From NCBI GenBank assembly GCA_002269645.1, contig NIVC01000793.1:186001-250000 (forward strand): a DNA stretch of 64,000 nt, read 5' to 3'. Below are positions 48,891 to 62,174 of this stretch, piece after piece (within the stretch, counting starts at the first letter, position 1; each line of letters starts with the position of its first letter). The DNA comes from Macrostomum lignano (taxonomy: Eukaryota). Position numbers and translations under genes: made by a program. The notes under the pieces are model-generated. The model saw only the letters and a program-made list of their open reading frames with translations. It searched no databases and was not told the origin of the DNA.

Positions 48891-50379
48891 GCCTGGTCTA
48901 TATGTAGCAAAAGATCAACTTCAAGGTCTTTTGCCTGCCCTCGGTTTTTTCCTTTCCCCTCGGTTTAACTAATTTTTCGTTGATAACTCGATCCGCCCAG
49001 TCTGTATGCTATGAGAATAAAGGGCTGATATTGCTGATGTAGAAGAGAGGCTGAGGCTCTGTAGCTGAGTGTAGTAAACAATCCTTGAGATAATTATTAG
49101 CAGTAGGTTTTGATGGGTTTCGACCTTCGGGCTCCTTGTTAGGGAAGCCTTCGGGCCTCAGGCTCAGAAATAAATCAATTAGAGACCTGGCCCCCCACTC
49201 CTGTCAGATGGTCAGCCCCATGGTAGCTTGATCGTGTGGCGAGCAGTCTAGGTCCTATAGCTAAGAGAGGGACAGCGAGAGACGAGCAGGGAGAATTTTG
49301 AAAGTAGAAATTAGCTAATCCGCAGATCAACTAACTTGCTGCCACCAGCCCGTGCGCCCTGGCTCACCACACCGGGACTCTCGAAATCGGGCTTCCGACT
49401 AGAAGGGGCTTTGCACTTACCTGCCAACTAGTGTCTTTTTGCTGTCAATCTCGAAGTCATAGCCGATGATAAGGGACACTGCTGGGACTAGATCGCGTTG
49501 GCCATGCAGGTACAGAGGGGACTTGTGCAGGGGATTCTTGCGGTGGCGAGTCTATGGGGTAGCTACATGTACTATTACATTGCTAAATACGAAGATATGT
49601 ACTTTTAGCCTTCAACGCGCCAACTAGCCTCTCATAGCGCTGATGATAGGCTAACTCGAACTTCAGAGACCGCATGATTCATTTACCCGAGCCGCTTGGC
49701 TACCCTAGAGTGCACAAAGTACATCTCTGGCGCCGATTCTGCACTTTTGGCAGTTTTGCTCACTGATTTGATAGATTGGTCGACTGAGAACTGCCTTGCC
49801 ATTGGTCCACTGTGACCGGCGCCTACTAGCTTAGCTACTCATCTGAGCCATCGGCGAACAAAGAAATAAAGCCGACAAAGATAACTGTTAGATTTAACCT
49901 TCTCCTTAGTTCACTTCACACTTTAGATTGAATTGGAGTCTTAGACTACTAGCAGTATTATTGAATGATTCCTGCCTCAGCAACAGCACTACTGAACAAA
50001 ATGAGCAAAAGTGTGCGCCTAATTCAGCTACTGCAACAGGGGACAGAAAAGGGATCACCCAATCAAGCAAGTCTAGGTAGCCTCTCACCCAACCAATCAG
50101 AAACTCAACAGCCGGAGACCAGGTATTCCACAGTGACCGAATCGGCTCGATGCTCTGCAGCTGTAGACTCGGGATGATGCTGTCACAATCTTCGCTGTTA
50201 GCTAGCAGGTGATGCTCTTAACTGGATGTTCGCTGCTGTCGGCCGGGGGACTCGTCCTTGATGATGATGGGGGAAGTTGCAATCCGGGGATCAAGAAACG
50301 ACGGTCGTGCTCCGGGAACCAGAAGTTGCGCGCTGGGCCCGAGCCAAAGTAAGAAGAAGTTGCCTCCGAGCGGGCCAAA

Positions 50380-50525
50380 AACTCCGGTTTAAATAGCCGC
50401 CAACTGGACCGCAGTTTGTTATAACGGAACACGTCGATTCTGATTGGCTGAGCCGTTTTGTTAAAATGAGCGCCGAATTTTCTGATTGGCTAAGCTCGTT
50501 GCTACCCAGAATCACGTGACCGAGA
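50380..50525 (-). promoter_or_regulatory. Promoter-like cluster (two CCAAT boxes, TATA-like, CACGTG)
   Basis: Minus-strand AGCCAATCAG twice (about 50440-50492), TATTTAAA (about 50388-50395) and a CACGTGAC in a CpG-rich patch. Confidence 0.35.
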
Positions 50526-53500
50526 GATCCTATCAGTTCCCACAGGGTCGTAAAAAGATGACAGGTGCGGCCATAAATCACTCAAAATCGCAACAAAATG
50601 ATTTATGACTTTTCGCGTAGGATTGACAGAAATTAATGAAAAAATATACATTAGAAAGCTCTTATTAAATAGAAAGTGAAGATAATGAAGAGAAATCGCT
50701 AATCGCTAATCCCAAGGTACTTTTAGGGGTAAAACGCATAGCTGTCAAAGCTGTCACACGCTTGAGTGAATCCGAACAATAGGCTCTGACCTCATAAATC
50801 TTGATGGCCTGTCAAAATGATGAGAAAAAAGCTACCGCCCGCATCCTCTCAGACCATCTGGCGCCCGCTTCAACACTGAGTGAGGCGCAGGTGGCTGTCA
50901 GATCAGCTTCGAAAGCGATGATTTATGACCCAAAAAGCTGCGCCTATGTTATTATGACTACTAGTATGGCCAGACATTATATCTAGTATAGATTCTATGA
51001 AAATTCGCAGAAAAAGGATAAAAATGCCCACTGCCCACTGTTAGTAGGCAAGTAAGTTTAGAGCCCATGTGCAAGCGCGGGATTTGGGAAAAAGTGCGTC
51101 CTCATCAGTTTAATTAATTGTAGAAATACTTATTAGCCAGACCGCATCAGATGAAACGTGAGGTCCTGAGACGTTTACTTAACAGCAGACATGCATGCAA
51201 GCCCATTTGAGGAGAAAACTTATCTATCTACTTAGCACCATGCAGAGCTCCACGGGGAATCACTTTGAAAGGCAATGCGATCTCGCACCCTAGGCGAAAG
51301 AATTCCCCTGTGTAAAAGTCCCCGCTCCAGCATTAGTCTGGGCTTTTCAATTGATACCTCGCATACAGTCCCTTAGTTAGATCAGCCGGGCTAAGCTGGA
51401 AGTGCCCTTAAATCTTTTCCCGTAGCTGCCCTGGAAGTCTCGTCTCATTAGCAGGAGTGTCCCTGGGTGTACTTTTGCGCAGACGACTGACTGGTGTTGG
51501 CGGCGCATATTTGGCGGCGGACCTTCAAACACCCCGGGCTACTAGTTTAGCATTGGTACCTTGGTCAATCCGTCACACTACAAGCTACCCAATATTAACT
51601 GAGGTGAATTTTCCTAGCGGCCGTACATATCTACATATCGGCGCTATAATTAACCGAAGCCGACGCAAGCATAGCCTCGGGGGTTACAAAAATTACATTT
51701 GAATGAGCATGTATAGCGGCTTTGGCCGAATTTTAGATCGTAGTTCGGTATTCGTCTAGCACATCTACCTGTAGTAACAGTTTTACAGTACAGTAACTCA
51801 GGTTTCTCTTTTAGGACAGCTTCGAGGGACAGGTACTCGCCATCTGAGCTCAACTGGGTAACTGCTCGTAGGTAAGTGGCTAACACGCTAGCTTTATTGC
51901 CCTCCTAGCGTATATCTAAGATGTTTTACCGAGGCGATGGGCTGTTAGGCCAGTGGTAGTCCGGTTGCTAGCGCTTCCTTTTCGGTGGCTGGTCTGGGGG
52001 AGTCAGTCAGTCGGGGACCCAGCTCGCGCGCAACGAGTACTCGTTGTCCCCTGATCTTTGACCTATTCTGGTAACTTCAATGAGACTGATCTAGATACCA
52101 TCGGAAAATCTGACTCAGCCGCTCCAGACGCTGCCACTGGTAGCTTCCATGCTGCCTGCTCAGAGACTGCTGACAAATCCCAGCAAGTTGACGAGAACGC
52201 GGCGACGAATGAAGTGATGAGAGGAGAATCAGGGCTGACGAACGGAGAATCAGTCGATGAATCAGCTTGAGGAATGGAAACTCGAACAAGAAAGGGTATT
52301 GACAACTTAACGAATCTTGCAGATAAATGAGCCCGAATTTCTTTTGCTTAGAAGATCTGATGAACGGTCTTCGATTCCAGTCTTTTTAAAAGCATTCCAG
52401 TCTTTTTAATCGACAAACTTTCTAGGTTATTTTTAGTTCGATATCAAATTTAAAAAATGACAAAGAAAACGGATTTAAGAAATAGCTATTTGACGTAGCT
52501 TGATGTAGATAAAGTTAAATTACCACTGACTAGAGCGGAAGGCCCAAACAAGTTTGTTTATTTGACATCCAAAAAGGAGGGTTGAGTGCAATTGGAGGCG
52601 CGATTGAGGAAAGATGTAAGATTAGAGAGCCAATCAGAAGCCAGCAAAAGGGAGAGAGATGAGATAAGAACCAGAAGTTAAACAGAGATAAAAACAGTAA
52701 ACAGAGTGACGATGGCAGCTGAAATCAAGATTCGTAGCTCGTATGAGTCAGATAACTAAGAAATTCGCGACAGGTTGCAAGGAATTTGACAGGGGTCCTT
52801 CGTGCTAGAGATGCACTCTCGCGCCTTTTTCGTTGGATCCTGTATTGTAGTTCATATATGATCAGGCACTGAACTGCTACGACACACCTGGGCCATCAAC
52901 GGACGGTAACCGTCAGCAACGACAAGCCCTTAGGATGGCGTCCTAAGCCCAGTTCTCTGGAATATGATCATTGATGAGCTTCTACAGAATGTTCACCTCG
53001 ACCCGTGACATCTGGCCCGTCGCCTGAAACATTACATGTAGGTTAGGAAACAAAAACCCAGTATATACTCAGCAACAGCTACGACCCCCCCCCCTAACAG
53101 ACACTGTCACGCGGAACAACAGTTAAGCTATGTCTTTAATGCTTGTTTCAGTATAGTGCGTAGGCACCACGAGCATGCATGCAAAAGTCCCGTTACGATC
53201 GTTGTGATATCCTAATCACCAGCCGGTTGATGAACTCTTGGGAATTGGGGCAGCTGCTGCCAGGCATTCAGAATCGCTTGTCGCTTTACGAAGTCCTAGA
53301 CATGCTCGATGGGGTTCATGTCGGGAGAGAGTTTGACGGCCTGATTAATGTGCGAATTGCGTTAGCGCACCCCCCCCTCCCAGTTCCTTTATATCGCACT
53401 TTGCGCTGGCGTCTGTCGGCGGGGGCAGCCTTCGTACATTTCAAAATCATCGATGGCATGCAAAACTTTTGGGCCGAATGGCAGCGTGAGGTTAAAGGGG

Positions 53501-53739
53501 GAGGGGGTTGAGCTGGTATTGAGTCCATTACGCTGAACGATGGGCGTACAGGTTTGATAGCGAAGTCCCTGAGACTAACCCCTCCCCGGCGATCATGTTC
53601 ACCAGCCGAGTAAAAAATGGCATGTTCGCACACTCGAGCTTTACAGAGCGGAAATTCCCCTCGGCAAACCCGTTGTATGTCTAGTCATCAGCCTTTTACA
53701 CTACAGGAGACTCTCTAGCGTTTTCCAGAATTAAGTCGT

Positions 53740-54400
53740 CGCATCAGCAGATGTCCAGCGGAGCTGTGCTTGCAGGATTGTCAAGGGTATCAGATAGGAG
53801 TGTTTTCTTCTACTCCGATAGCAAGACTGCTCTGCAAGCCCTTTCTAATACTCAACCAACTGGCACAGAGATACACAGTCCAGCTGGTTCCCCAGACACG
53901 CGTGCTACATGGGAAACGATCTCCCGCAAACTCCCTTCCTAAGAGAGAAGCTTGTTCGCTTCTCGGCCCCGTGTGCTGGTTCCCCATCCCTTCCGCAATT
54001 ATCGACCGACAAATCAAAGGACTTGGGTGGAAATTCTCCACAGGTGCAGATGACAGAGCATCTCCAACTGCCGCTAATTCCCAGCCGAGTACTCAATCCC
54101 TCTCGCAAGCAAACTGCAGAGAATCCTTCCAAACCAAAAATCGGAACAGACGCACAGCCGGCAGCCGGAACAAACTATACGCTCGTACTTTTTCTGCAAT
54201 TACTGCTCGGTCTTCAACCGAGACCGGCTTTAACACCTTGGGCTTAACCCATCAGTCGATGAAGCGTACCAGCCCGAGAACATTCCTGCACGTCCTTCTT
54301 CCCTACAGAGGAACATGATTACAGACTGGCAGACCTCCCTCTGTCCCCTCGTCCAGCCCATTCGGATGCGGGCTCTTCAGGGATTAGCGATATAGGCAAC
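53740..54400 (+). pseudogene. Decayed RNase H / 3' region of a non-LTR retrotransposon
   Basis: VFFYSDSKTALQALSN resembles the IFSDS..ALQAL motif of LINE RNase H. The downstream frame has degenerate WVPxH and HVLL-like remnants. Confidence 0.5.
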
Positions 54401-55534
54401 GCTCCTCTCCTTGACGTCATCGGACCGCCCTGTGGATGAGTTAAGTAGGTAGTGCCAATATTACTCGATAATCTAAGCAAATCTGGCTTCATCCATCATA
54501 TTATCGATCTGATATCCATATAAACTCTATCTATCAGAACTTCTGAGAGCTTGGCTTCTAAAAGTACACTCATGACACGAGGAAGCTCACTTCAGAGGCG
54601 ACTCACTTAAACTACGAGCTATATGAACGCTCATCTCGAGAGCTCACCAGGCAGATGGCCGGGCATGGGTTCGTATGCTGTCGAACAAAATAAACGAAAG
54701 ATAGCTACAGACTGAAAAGGCTCTACACTGCCGATATTTCACTCGTAAATCAATCTGCAATAAATTAAACAAAATCTTAGAAACAGACCGTTGGCAACAG
54801 TGACAGAATATTGACAGGAAATTTTCTGTCCAAGCGGGGCTTAAAACCCCACCTACTGCTTTATTGATATTGGAAAGACAGAAAAGGGTGAAATAAAGCT
54901 AATTCTAATTTCAGCTGCAGCTGTTCCTAGGAACAAGAATCTAGAGGGTTCCTACTCTAATCCAATCGGAAACTTTGACTTGCAGAACTGCTTAGCCGGT
55001 CGGCTTTTCCTGCAATTTTCATGAAGCTGAATAATCTTAAAATCCCTTAAGCCTGCGTTGAAAAAGTCGTATTACTGCGCGGATTAGCACGGGAAAATAT
55101 TGAATTTCCTTGTCGAACTTGCGCAGCGGATGAAGCTGACAGGAGCAGGTATCTTGATTAAATTGCAATTTAGATTTTCGAATGCAATTTCGGCACCACA
55201 GACGTCTTAAGCTTCTGTCTGTTTACAGATTTGGAACCTATGCAAAACAGCTGCCGAATTTCAAGTCGCTGAAGCAGTCGAGAGGCGTGCGGATTCTGAA
55301 AGCAAAAAAGAGCGGCATCCCTATTTGTTAGCCAAATTAGAAGGCGCTGTTTTTGAGGTCCTGCACCGCCGGTGCTACAAGCGCTAGATTCAGAGACTAT
55401 AGCTAAATGAAAAATCAAGTCAGCTTCTTTGACTTTTCTCTTTGATTCTTTCCCGCAAGCAGCAATCTCGAATGAAATGGCAAGTAAGGGACCGCCCCCC
55501 CCCCTGGCGCCCCATCACCAGCTGATTTGGCGTC

Positions 55535-57165
55535 CCTTCACAACAGCTGTGGTCCCCTTTCACAACAGCTGTGGTCCCCCTTCACAATAACTGTGGTACC
55601 CCCTTCACAACAGCTGTGGTCCCCTTCACAACAGCTGTGGTCCCCTACACAACAACTGTGGTCCCTCTTCACAACAGCTGTGGTCCCCCTTCACAACAGC
55701 TGTGGTCCCCCTTCACAACAACTGTGGTCCCCTACACAACAACTGTGGTCCCCTTCACAACAACTGTGGTCCCCTACACAACAGCTGTGGTCCCCTTCAC
55801 AACAACTGTGGTCCCCTTCACAACAGCTGTGGTCCCCCTTCACAACAACTGTGGTCCCCTTCACAACAGCTGTGGTCCTCCTTCACAACAACTGTGTTCC
55901 CCTACACAACAGCTGTGGTCCCCTTCACAACAGCTGTGGTCCCCCTTCACAACAGCTGTGGTCCCCCTTCACAACAACTGTGGTCCCCTTCACAACAGCT
56001 GTGGTCCCCTTCACAACAGCTGTGGTCCCCCTTCACAACAACTGTGGTCCCCTTCACAACAGCTGTGGTCCCCCTTCACAACAACTGTGGTCCCCCTTCA
56101 CAACAACTGTGGTCCCCTTCACAACAGCTGTGGTCCCCTTCACAACAGCTGTGGTCCCCCTTCACAACAACTGTGGTCCCCTTCACAACAGCTGTGGTCC
56201 CCTTCACAACAGCTGTGGTCCCCCTTCACAACAACTGTGGTCCCCTTCACAACAGCTGTGGTCCCCCTTCACAACAACTGTGGTCCCTCTTCAAAACAGC
56301 TGTGGTCCCTCTTCACAACAACTGTGGTCCCCTTCACAACAGCTGTGGTCCCCTACACAACAGCTGTGGTCCCCTTCACAACAACTGTGGTCCCCTTCAC
56401 AACAACTGTGGTCCCCTACACAACAGCTGTGGTCCCCTTCACAACAACTGTGGTCCCCTTCACAACAGCTGTGGTCCCCCTTCACAACAACTGTGGTCCC
56501 CTTCACAACAGCTGTGGTCCCCCTTCACAACAACTGTGGTCCCCTTCACAACAACTGTGGTCCCCTTCACAACAGCTGTGGTCCCCTTCACAACAGCTGT
56601 GGTCCCCCTTCACAACAACTGTGGTCCCCTTCACAACAGCTGTGGTCCCCCTTCACAACAACTGTGGTCCCCTTCACAACAGCTGTGGTCCCCTTCACAA
56701 CAGCTGTGGTACCCCCTTCACAACAGCTGTGGTCCCCCTTCACAACAACTGTGGTCCCCTTCACAACAGCTGTGGTCCCCTTCACAACAGCTGTGGTCCC
56801 CCTTCACAACAACTGTGGTCCCCTTCACAACAGCTGTGGTCCCCTTCACAACAGCTGTGGTCCCCCTTCACAACAACTGTGGTCCCCTTCACAACAGCTG
56901 TGGTCCCCCTTCACAACAACTGTGGTCCCTCTTCAAAACAGCTGTGGTCCCTCTTCACAACAACTGTGGTCCCCTTCACAACAGCTGTGGTCCCCTTCAC
57001 AACAGCTGTGGTCCCCCTTCACAACAGCTGTGGTCCCCCTTCACAACAACTGTGGTCCCCTTCACAACAGCTGTGGTCCCCTTCACAACAGCTGTGGTCC
57101 CCTTCACAACAACTGTGGTACCCCTTCACAACAACTGTGGTACCCCCTTCACAACAGCTTTGGTG
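55535..57165. repeat. 21-22 bp satellite (CCCCTTCACAACAGCTGTGGT) within MITE-like GC-rich flanks
   Basis: Obvious array. Flanks are ggcgcccc and aaaaaatcctggctgcatccct. Confidence 0.96.
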
Positions 57166-58974
57166 CCCCTGGTGCTTGCGATTCACATGGCGTCCCCATA
57201 AAAAATCCTGGCTGCATCCCTCCCTAGCCCGGTAGCTAATCAGCTCGGTACAGTACAGTTACCCTCTCTCAGTGGCAGGGGCGACTTTGTGCCGGTCAAA
57301 GAAAGCCCGAATTTCTTTGCTGACGCCTTCCCTCTCTCTATATTTCTGTAATTCTCTCTAATCTCCCCCTCTTGCTAGAGACATTCCGGAGGTATCTTGA
57401 ATAATTGAATAAGCTAGAATTGTATTTTCGAACCAGAATCAGTCACTTATCTTGAATCAACGAAATATACGAGAGTATATTTACATCTGTCAATGGCGTG
57501 GTGGATGCTAACACGACAGTGCGACAACAGAGCCAAAATATGTTGCGAAAAAGTGCACAGAGGAGAGTAACACAATGCTTTGACGCACTTTTGTGAAGAA
57601 CACTGATATCACACTTCTTTCTCTCCTCTCCTTCCTAGATCCTCTCACCTTTCCCGGTAAACTCATTTTTAGTATATATTCATAGGATAGTTTTGAATTT
57701 TAGTATATCGGACTAGCACACTAAGCCCCCCATAGGGGCATTTAAATTCAAAATTCAAACGGAGCGCCCATTGAAAGCATTAAAAAACATCGTTTTTGAT
57801 TATTTGAACCAGTTCCAATTCGAACTTTTCCTCTAAAATGGTCATCCGTGGCCGCCGAAAAAATATGATTTTTTAAGCTAATTTGAAAAAACTCGGCCTG
57901 ATGGTTCTCGGAAAAATCAGCCCTCCACACCGATCCCGTAACTGCACCCACTTCCCCATTCTTTGTACCCCGGCCATCTGCGTGTCTTATCCTGATTGAC
58001 TGGTCCTCCCTGCTCTGCTCTGTCTCTAGCCTCTGCATTTTAGCTCGTACTGTCTGACTAGGTGTTGATATTTTTGCATCCAATAGTTGCTAGGAAACAA
58101 TCGACCATTAGGCACAACCGAAAATAAATAAAAAAGATGTTAGCTGGCGAGAGGGCTAGGCTGAGGGTTACAGCTAGTTATAAATAGATCACAACGCATG
58201 TATGAAAAGCATTACCATTAGAAAACTTTGTTTTTTTCGACAATTTTATTTGGTTCTGTTTTAATTTTTTAAGCCAAGCGACTAAAGCCAGGGAAATTTC
58301 GAATGTAATAGTCACATTTATTTTTCGATATCATGGTCACGGTCACGGAGAGATATACAAGAGATATAGGATTCGCTTAAACAGACAATTGCAAGTAGTC
58401 GAAGTGAACGAGACAAATAAGTTTATGCGTAATATTTTTTGTGCAACCTCCTTCCAGTCGAGAAATCTGGCCCCTGGCGTCGTTGTCTCTCTGGGCTGTC
58501 TTTGGTCCATCTTCCGCATGGTTAAAGTGTGCCTTGGAAAATTTACTACATTTACCGTACTTTGATATAATCGAAGAAAATATCCTGAAATCTTACAGGC
58601 ATCACGCTACGAAAATTTTGTACGTTAAAAAGCAAATCGGGATTAAAACGAATTGGGCGAAAACTTAAATTTAAATTTATTATACGATAAAACCAACTGA
58701 CAGACTTTTGAGGTGCATCTTTCTAAGCACAAATTGCAATTTTTCGTGAATTATAACAAATGTACAGTATCATTGTTCAAAAAGTTGAAAACTGATAATA
58801 CACTTGCAGACAAAAGTGCAATGACTTCTTGATCACTTTTGAATTATTTAGATACTCGTAGTCTTGCATTAGTTTTCTACCGGTAGATGCTTGCAAAATC
58901 AAAATAAATTTGTTACTCAAGTAATGATTAAAATCCAGGAATTACTTGTGCAGCTATGTTAAATAATTAAGGTA

Positions 58975-59858
58975 CAGAGATCAGCTATATCAGGTAACGA
59001 TACTAGTTAGATCATATGAAGAGATCAGCTATATCAGGTAACGATACTAGTTAGATCATATGAAGAGATCAGCTATATCAGGTAACGATACTAGTTAGAT
59101 CATATGAAGAGATCAGCTAGATCAGGTAACGATACTAGTTAGATCATATGAAGAGATCAGCTGGATCAGCTAGAGAGATCAGCTGGATCAGCTAGAGGTT
59201 GGCTGGATCAGCTAGAGGTTGGCTGGATCAGCTAGAGATTAGCTAGATCAGCTAGAGGTTGGCTAGATCAGCTAGAGATTGGCTGGATCAGCTAGAGGTT
59301 GGCTAGATCAGCTAGAGGTTGGCTGGATCAGCTAGAGATTAGCTAGATCAGCTAGAGGTTGGCTAGATCAGCTAGAGATTGGCTGGATCAGCTAGAGGTT
59401 GGCTAGATCAGCTAGAGGTTGGCTGGATCAGCTAGGGGTTGGCTGGATCAGCTAGAGAGATCAGCTAGATCAGCTAGAGGTTGGCTGGACCAGCTAAAGA
59501 GATCAGCTAGATCAGCTAGAGGTTGGCTGGATCAGCTAGAGAGATCAGCTAGATCAGCTAGAGGTCGGCTGGATCAACTAGAGGTCGGCTGGATCAGCTA
59601 GAGGTTGGCTGGATCAGCTAGAGATTGGCTGGATCAGCTAGAGATTGGCTAGATCAGCTAGAGGTTGGCTGGATCAGCTAGAGATTGGCTAGATCAGCTA
59701 GAGGTTGGCTAGATCAGCTAGAGGTTGGCTGGACCAGCTAGAGAGATCAGCTGGATCAGCTAGAGGTTGGCTGGATCAGCTAGAGGTTGGCTAGATCAGC
59801 TAGAGATTGGCTGGATCAGCTAGAGGTTGGCTAGATCAGCTAGAGATTGGCTAGATCA
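58975..59858. repeat. 44-bp repeat (about 4 copies) grading into a 20-bp array (GATCAGCTAGAGGTTGGCTG)
   Basis: The two arrays share the GATCAGCT core and end about 17 nt from the GPCR stop. Confidence 0.95.
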
Positions 59859-59875
59859 GAAAAATGATGAAGCAT

Positions 59876-60745
59876 TTAGACAAAAGTCTCTGGAACGGCC
59901 CCTTCATCCTGCTTCACTTCCTCTTCGCGAGCGATTCCGGCGTAGTGGGCCAGCTCCGCCGCGGCTCCCGTCCCGACCGAGGCGTCCCCGCCGGTCAGGC
60001 CCTGCTCCAAATTGGCTCCCGATCTCGGCCTCAGCAGCTGCAGCCGGCGCCTCAGACAGTCCGGCGCCATGGCGCAGAATTCCGATCGAAAATTTTCGTT
60101 CAAAAAGCCGTAGAGCACCGGGTTGATGCAGGCGGAGGTCTGCACGAACAGCAGGCAGAGCGCCTGTACCAGAGACACGGAGAAGCCGGAGCTGCCATGC
60201 TTCAGCTTCTGACCAACTTCAGGCACGGAAGTCTTTGACTCGGAGGCGGTGGAGGAGTCGAGCTTCATCTGCCAGATCTTGTAATCGCTGTGCAGATTAC
60301 TAGCTGACAGGGGCAGCCAGGCCAGGCCGAACGTCACCACCACCGAGGCCAGCAGGATGTTCGCCCGTCGCTGTCGCCGGTGCTCCGCCCGAACCCGAAC
60401 TGTCTGAGTTGCCGTCAGCGAGATCGCCGACTCGTTGCCGCCGAGCAGCCGGCGGCGCAGACGCTGTCGGATGAGGACAAAGGCGACGAGCAGGACGGTG
60501 AGCGGAGCGGCGTACTGCACGCACATCGACACGCAGCTGTAAGCCAGCTTGGCAGTTTTGTCCACTTCGTTGGCCGTTCGCTCCCAGCAGATGAGCCGGT
60601 CCTCGCCAGCCGACACGGTGTTGTCCCGGGTGACGATGCCGAACCAGAGCATCGGGCTGGACATGAGGCAGGCGGCCAGCCAGGTGAGCGGCAGAGCGAG
60701 GCGCATCCGCCGCTCCAGCGTCCGGTCCAGGGGTTGCGTGACTGC
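59876..60745 (-). CDS. NPY/NPF-receptor-like class A GPCR, exon 2 (ICL2, TM4-TM7, C-tail)
   Basis: cgacag|AVTQP...TW...SSPM...LICWE...QYAAP...FGLAWLP...CINPVLYGFLNENFRSEF; 870 nt. Confidence 0.9.
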   Translation of the reverse strand, partial: AVTQPLDRTLERRMRLALPLTWLAACLMSSPMLWFGIVTRDNTVSAGEDRLICWERTANEVDKTAKLAYSCVSMCVQYAAPLTVLLVAFVLIRQRLRRRLLGGNESAISLTATQTVRVRAEHRRQRRANILLASVVVTFGLAWLPLSASNLHSDYKIWQMKLDSSTASESKTSVPEVGQKLKHGSSGFSVSLVQALCLLFVQTSACINPVLYGFLNENFRSEFCAMAPDCLRRRLQLLRPRSGANLEQGLTGGDASVGTGAAAELAHYAGIAREEEVKQDEGAVPETFV

Positions 60746-61617
60746 CTGTCGAAGAAGTTCACAGGAGTTTCAGCTAACTGGGTTTCTCCAAGCCAGTTGC
60801 GTGTTGTCGCGGCTTCAACTAAGAAACTAAGAAGATGATAGCTTTGCTTGCTTTTTTGCAACCCCCCTCCAACCTTTGGCGCCTCTCAGTAATTTGCAGT
60901 TTCATGATTAACTGCTAATGAGCCTCAATTCTTACAGCAGCTTTGAATTCACTGTTGCGCCTTTTGTCTTTCTAAACAAAACAAATCGCCTATCTCGTAT
61001 TTTTTGCTTTTAATTTCGCCAGGCGCAAATCACAGAGCAGCATCTCCGTCAGTCAGACTTTGGTAAGATTTCGCTTGAGTATATCCGCCTGCAGACAGAA
61101 CTGGCGAGTGAGGCGACATGACAAAATGATGAAAGAAATTTCCAGTTGCTTTCACAGATCCAGCATTTGTGAAGAAAATGAATAGGGTTGACAGGCCTAT
61201 TCATTTACTTCTTTGCCTTCTCTTTTAGTGCTGCTATCGGTGCAAGCTCATTAGTTCAACTACTTGAACTTGCACTCTGTAATCCACGGCTAATTCATTT
61301 CAAACTGCCTCCTGTCTCTGCTATTATCCTGTAATGCTTCTTTCGACTCGCAAAAAACCATCGGAGTACGGTTTTTTCTCTGAGAGATGGGCTTCCTGTA
61401 TCCTGCACAGGCGCTGGATTATCCAACCCTCTTCATCCGCACGCCTGCCTAACAGGTGAGTCGGATTACCTGACGCTTGAACTTGCGTCCCTAGCATATA
61501 ATTAAACACCGACTCGGTAGTCTGTAACAGAGTGGGCGACAAGGCGCACGCGATTCGGCTTTAATACCCGGGTTTGACGTATAGGTAAGAAGAAATTTAA
61601 GTAAACAAAAAGCAGGA

Positions 61618-61668
<51 letters not shown>

Positions 61669-61669
61669 C

Positions 61670-61736
<67 letters not shown>

Positions 61737-61737
61737 C

Positions 61738-61820
<83 letters not shown>

Positions 61821-61832
61821 CAGTTAGTTCGT
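61618..61832. repeat. (TTAG)n microsatellite in the GPCR intron
   Basis: Directly visible. Confidence 0.98.
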
Positions 61833-62174
61833 TAGTTTGTTTGTTTGTTTGTTTTTTTGTTTTTTTGTTTGTTAAATAAATAACTAATCAAACTATTGAT
61901 TTAATTTTGGGCTATGTTTAGTGCTTCAGCTAGCATTCCCCTTGAAAAAGTACAGAATAATGGCATAAAACCATATTGGGTGCCTGCGGTTAGATCCTTC
62001 TAGGTTTGCGTTTGTTGAGTGCGTTAAGCGGTGAAGTTTGGTGCGTGTGTAGAGTTGCGCCAGTGTCATTTTGTCTTTTGCATGCATTATTCGCTGTACA
62101 CGCCAGAGTGTATCTAAGCTTACTGTTACTGCTATTCTCGGCAAACTATTTCAGCACCAAGCTGTGAAACTCAC

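Noticed and set aside
49338-49350. PBS TGGTGGCAGC on the minus strand
   Set aside because: It is not preceded by an LTR-terminal CA and the match is only 10 nt.
52058-52270. Acidic low-complexity exon
   Set aside because: It has a TTG start, no clear splice partners and no recognisable domain.
55527-57235. 500-566 aa mucin-like ORFs
   Set aside because: A 21-22 bp satellite is open in all three forward frames, with no splice or start context.
61618-61832. Interstitial telomere
   Set aside because: The unit is TTAG, not TTAGG or TTAGGG; treated as a plain microsatellite.
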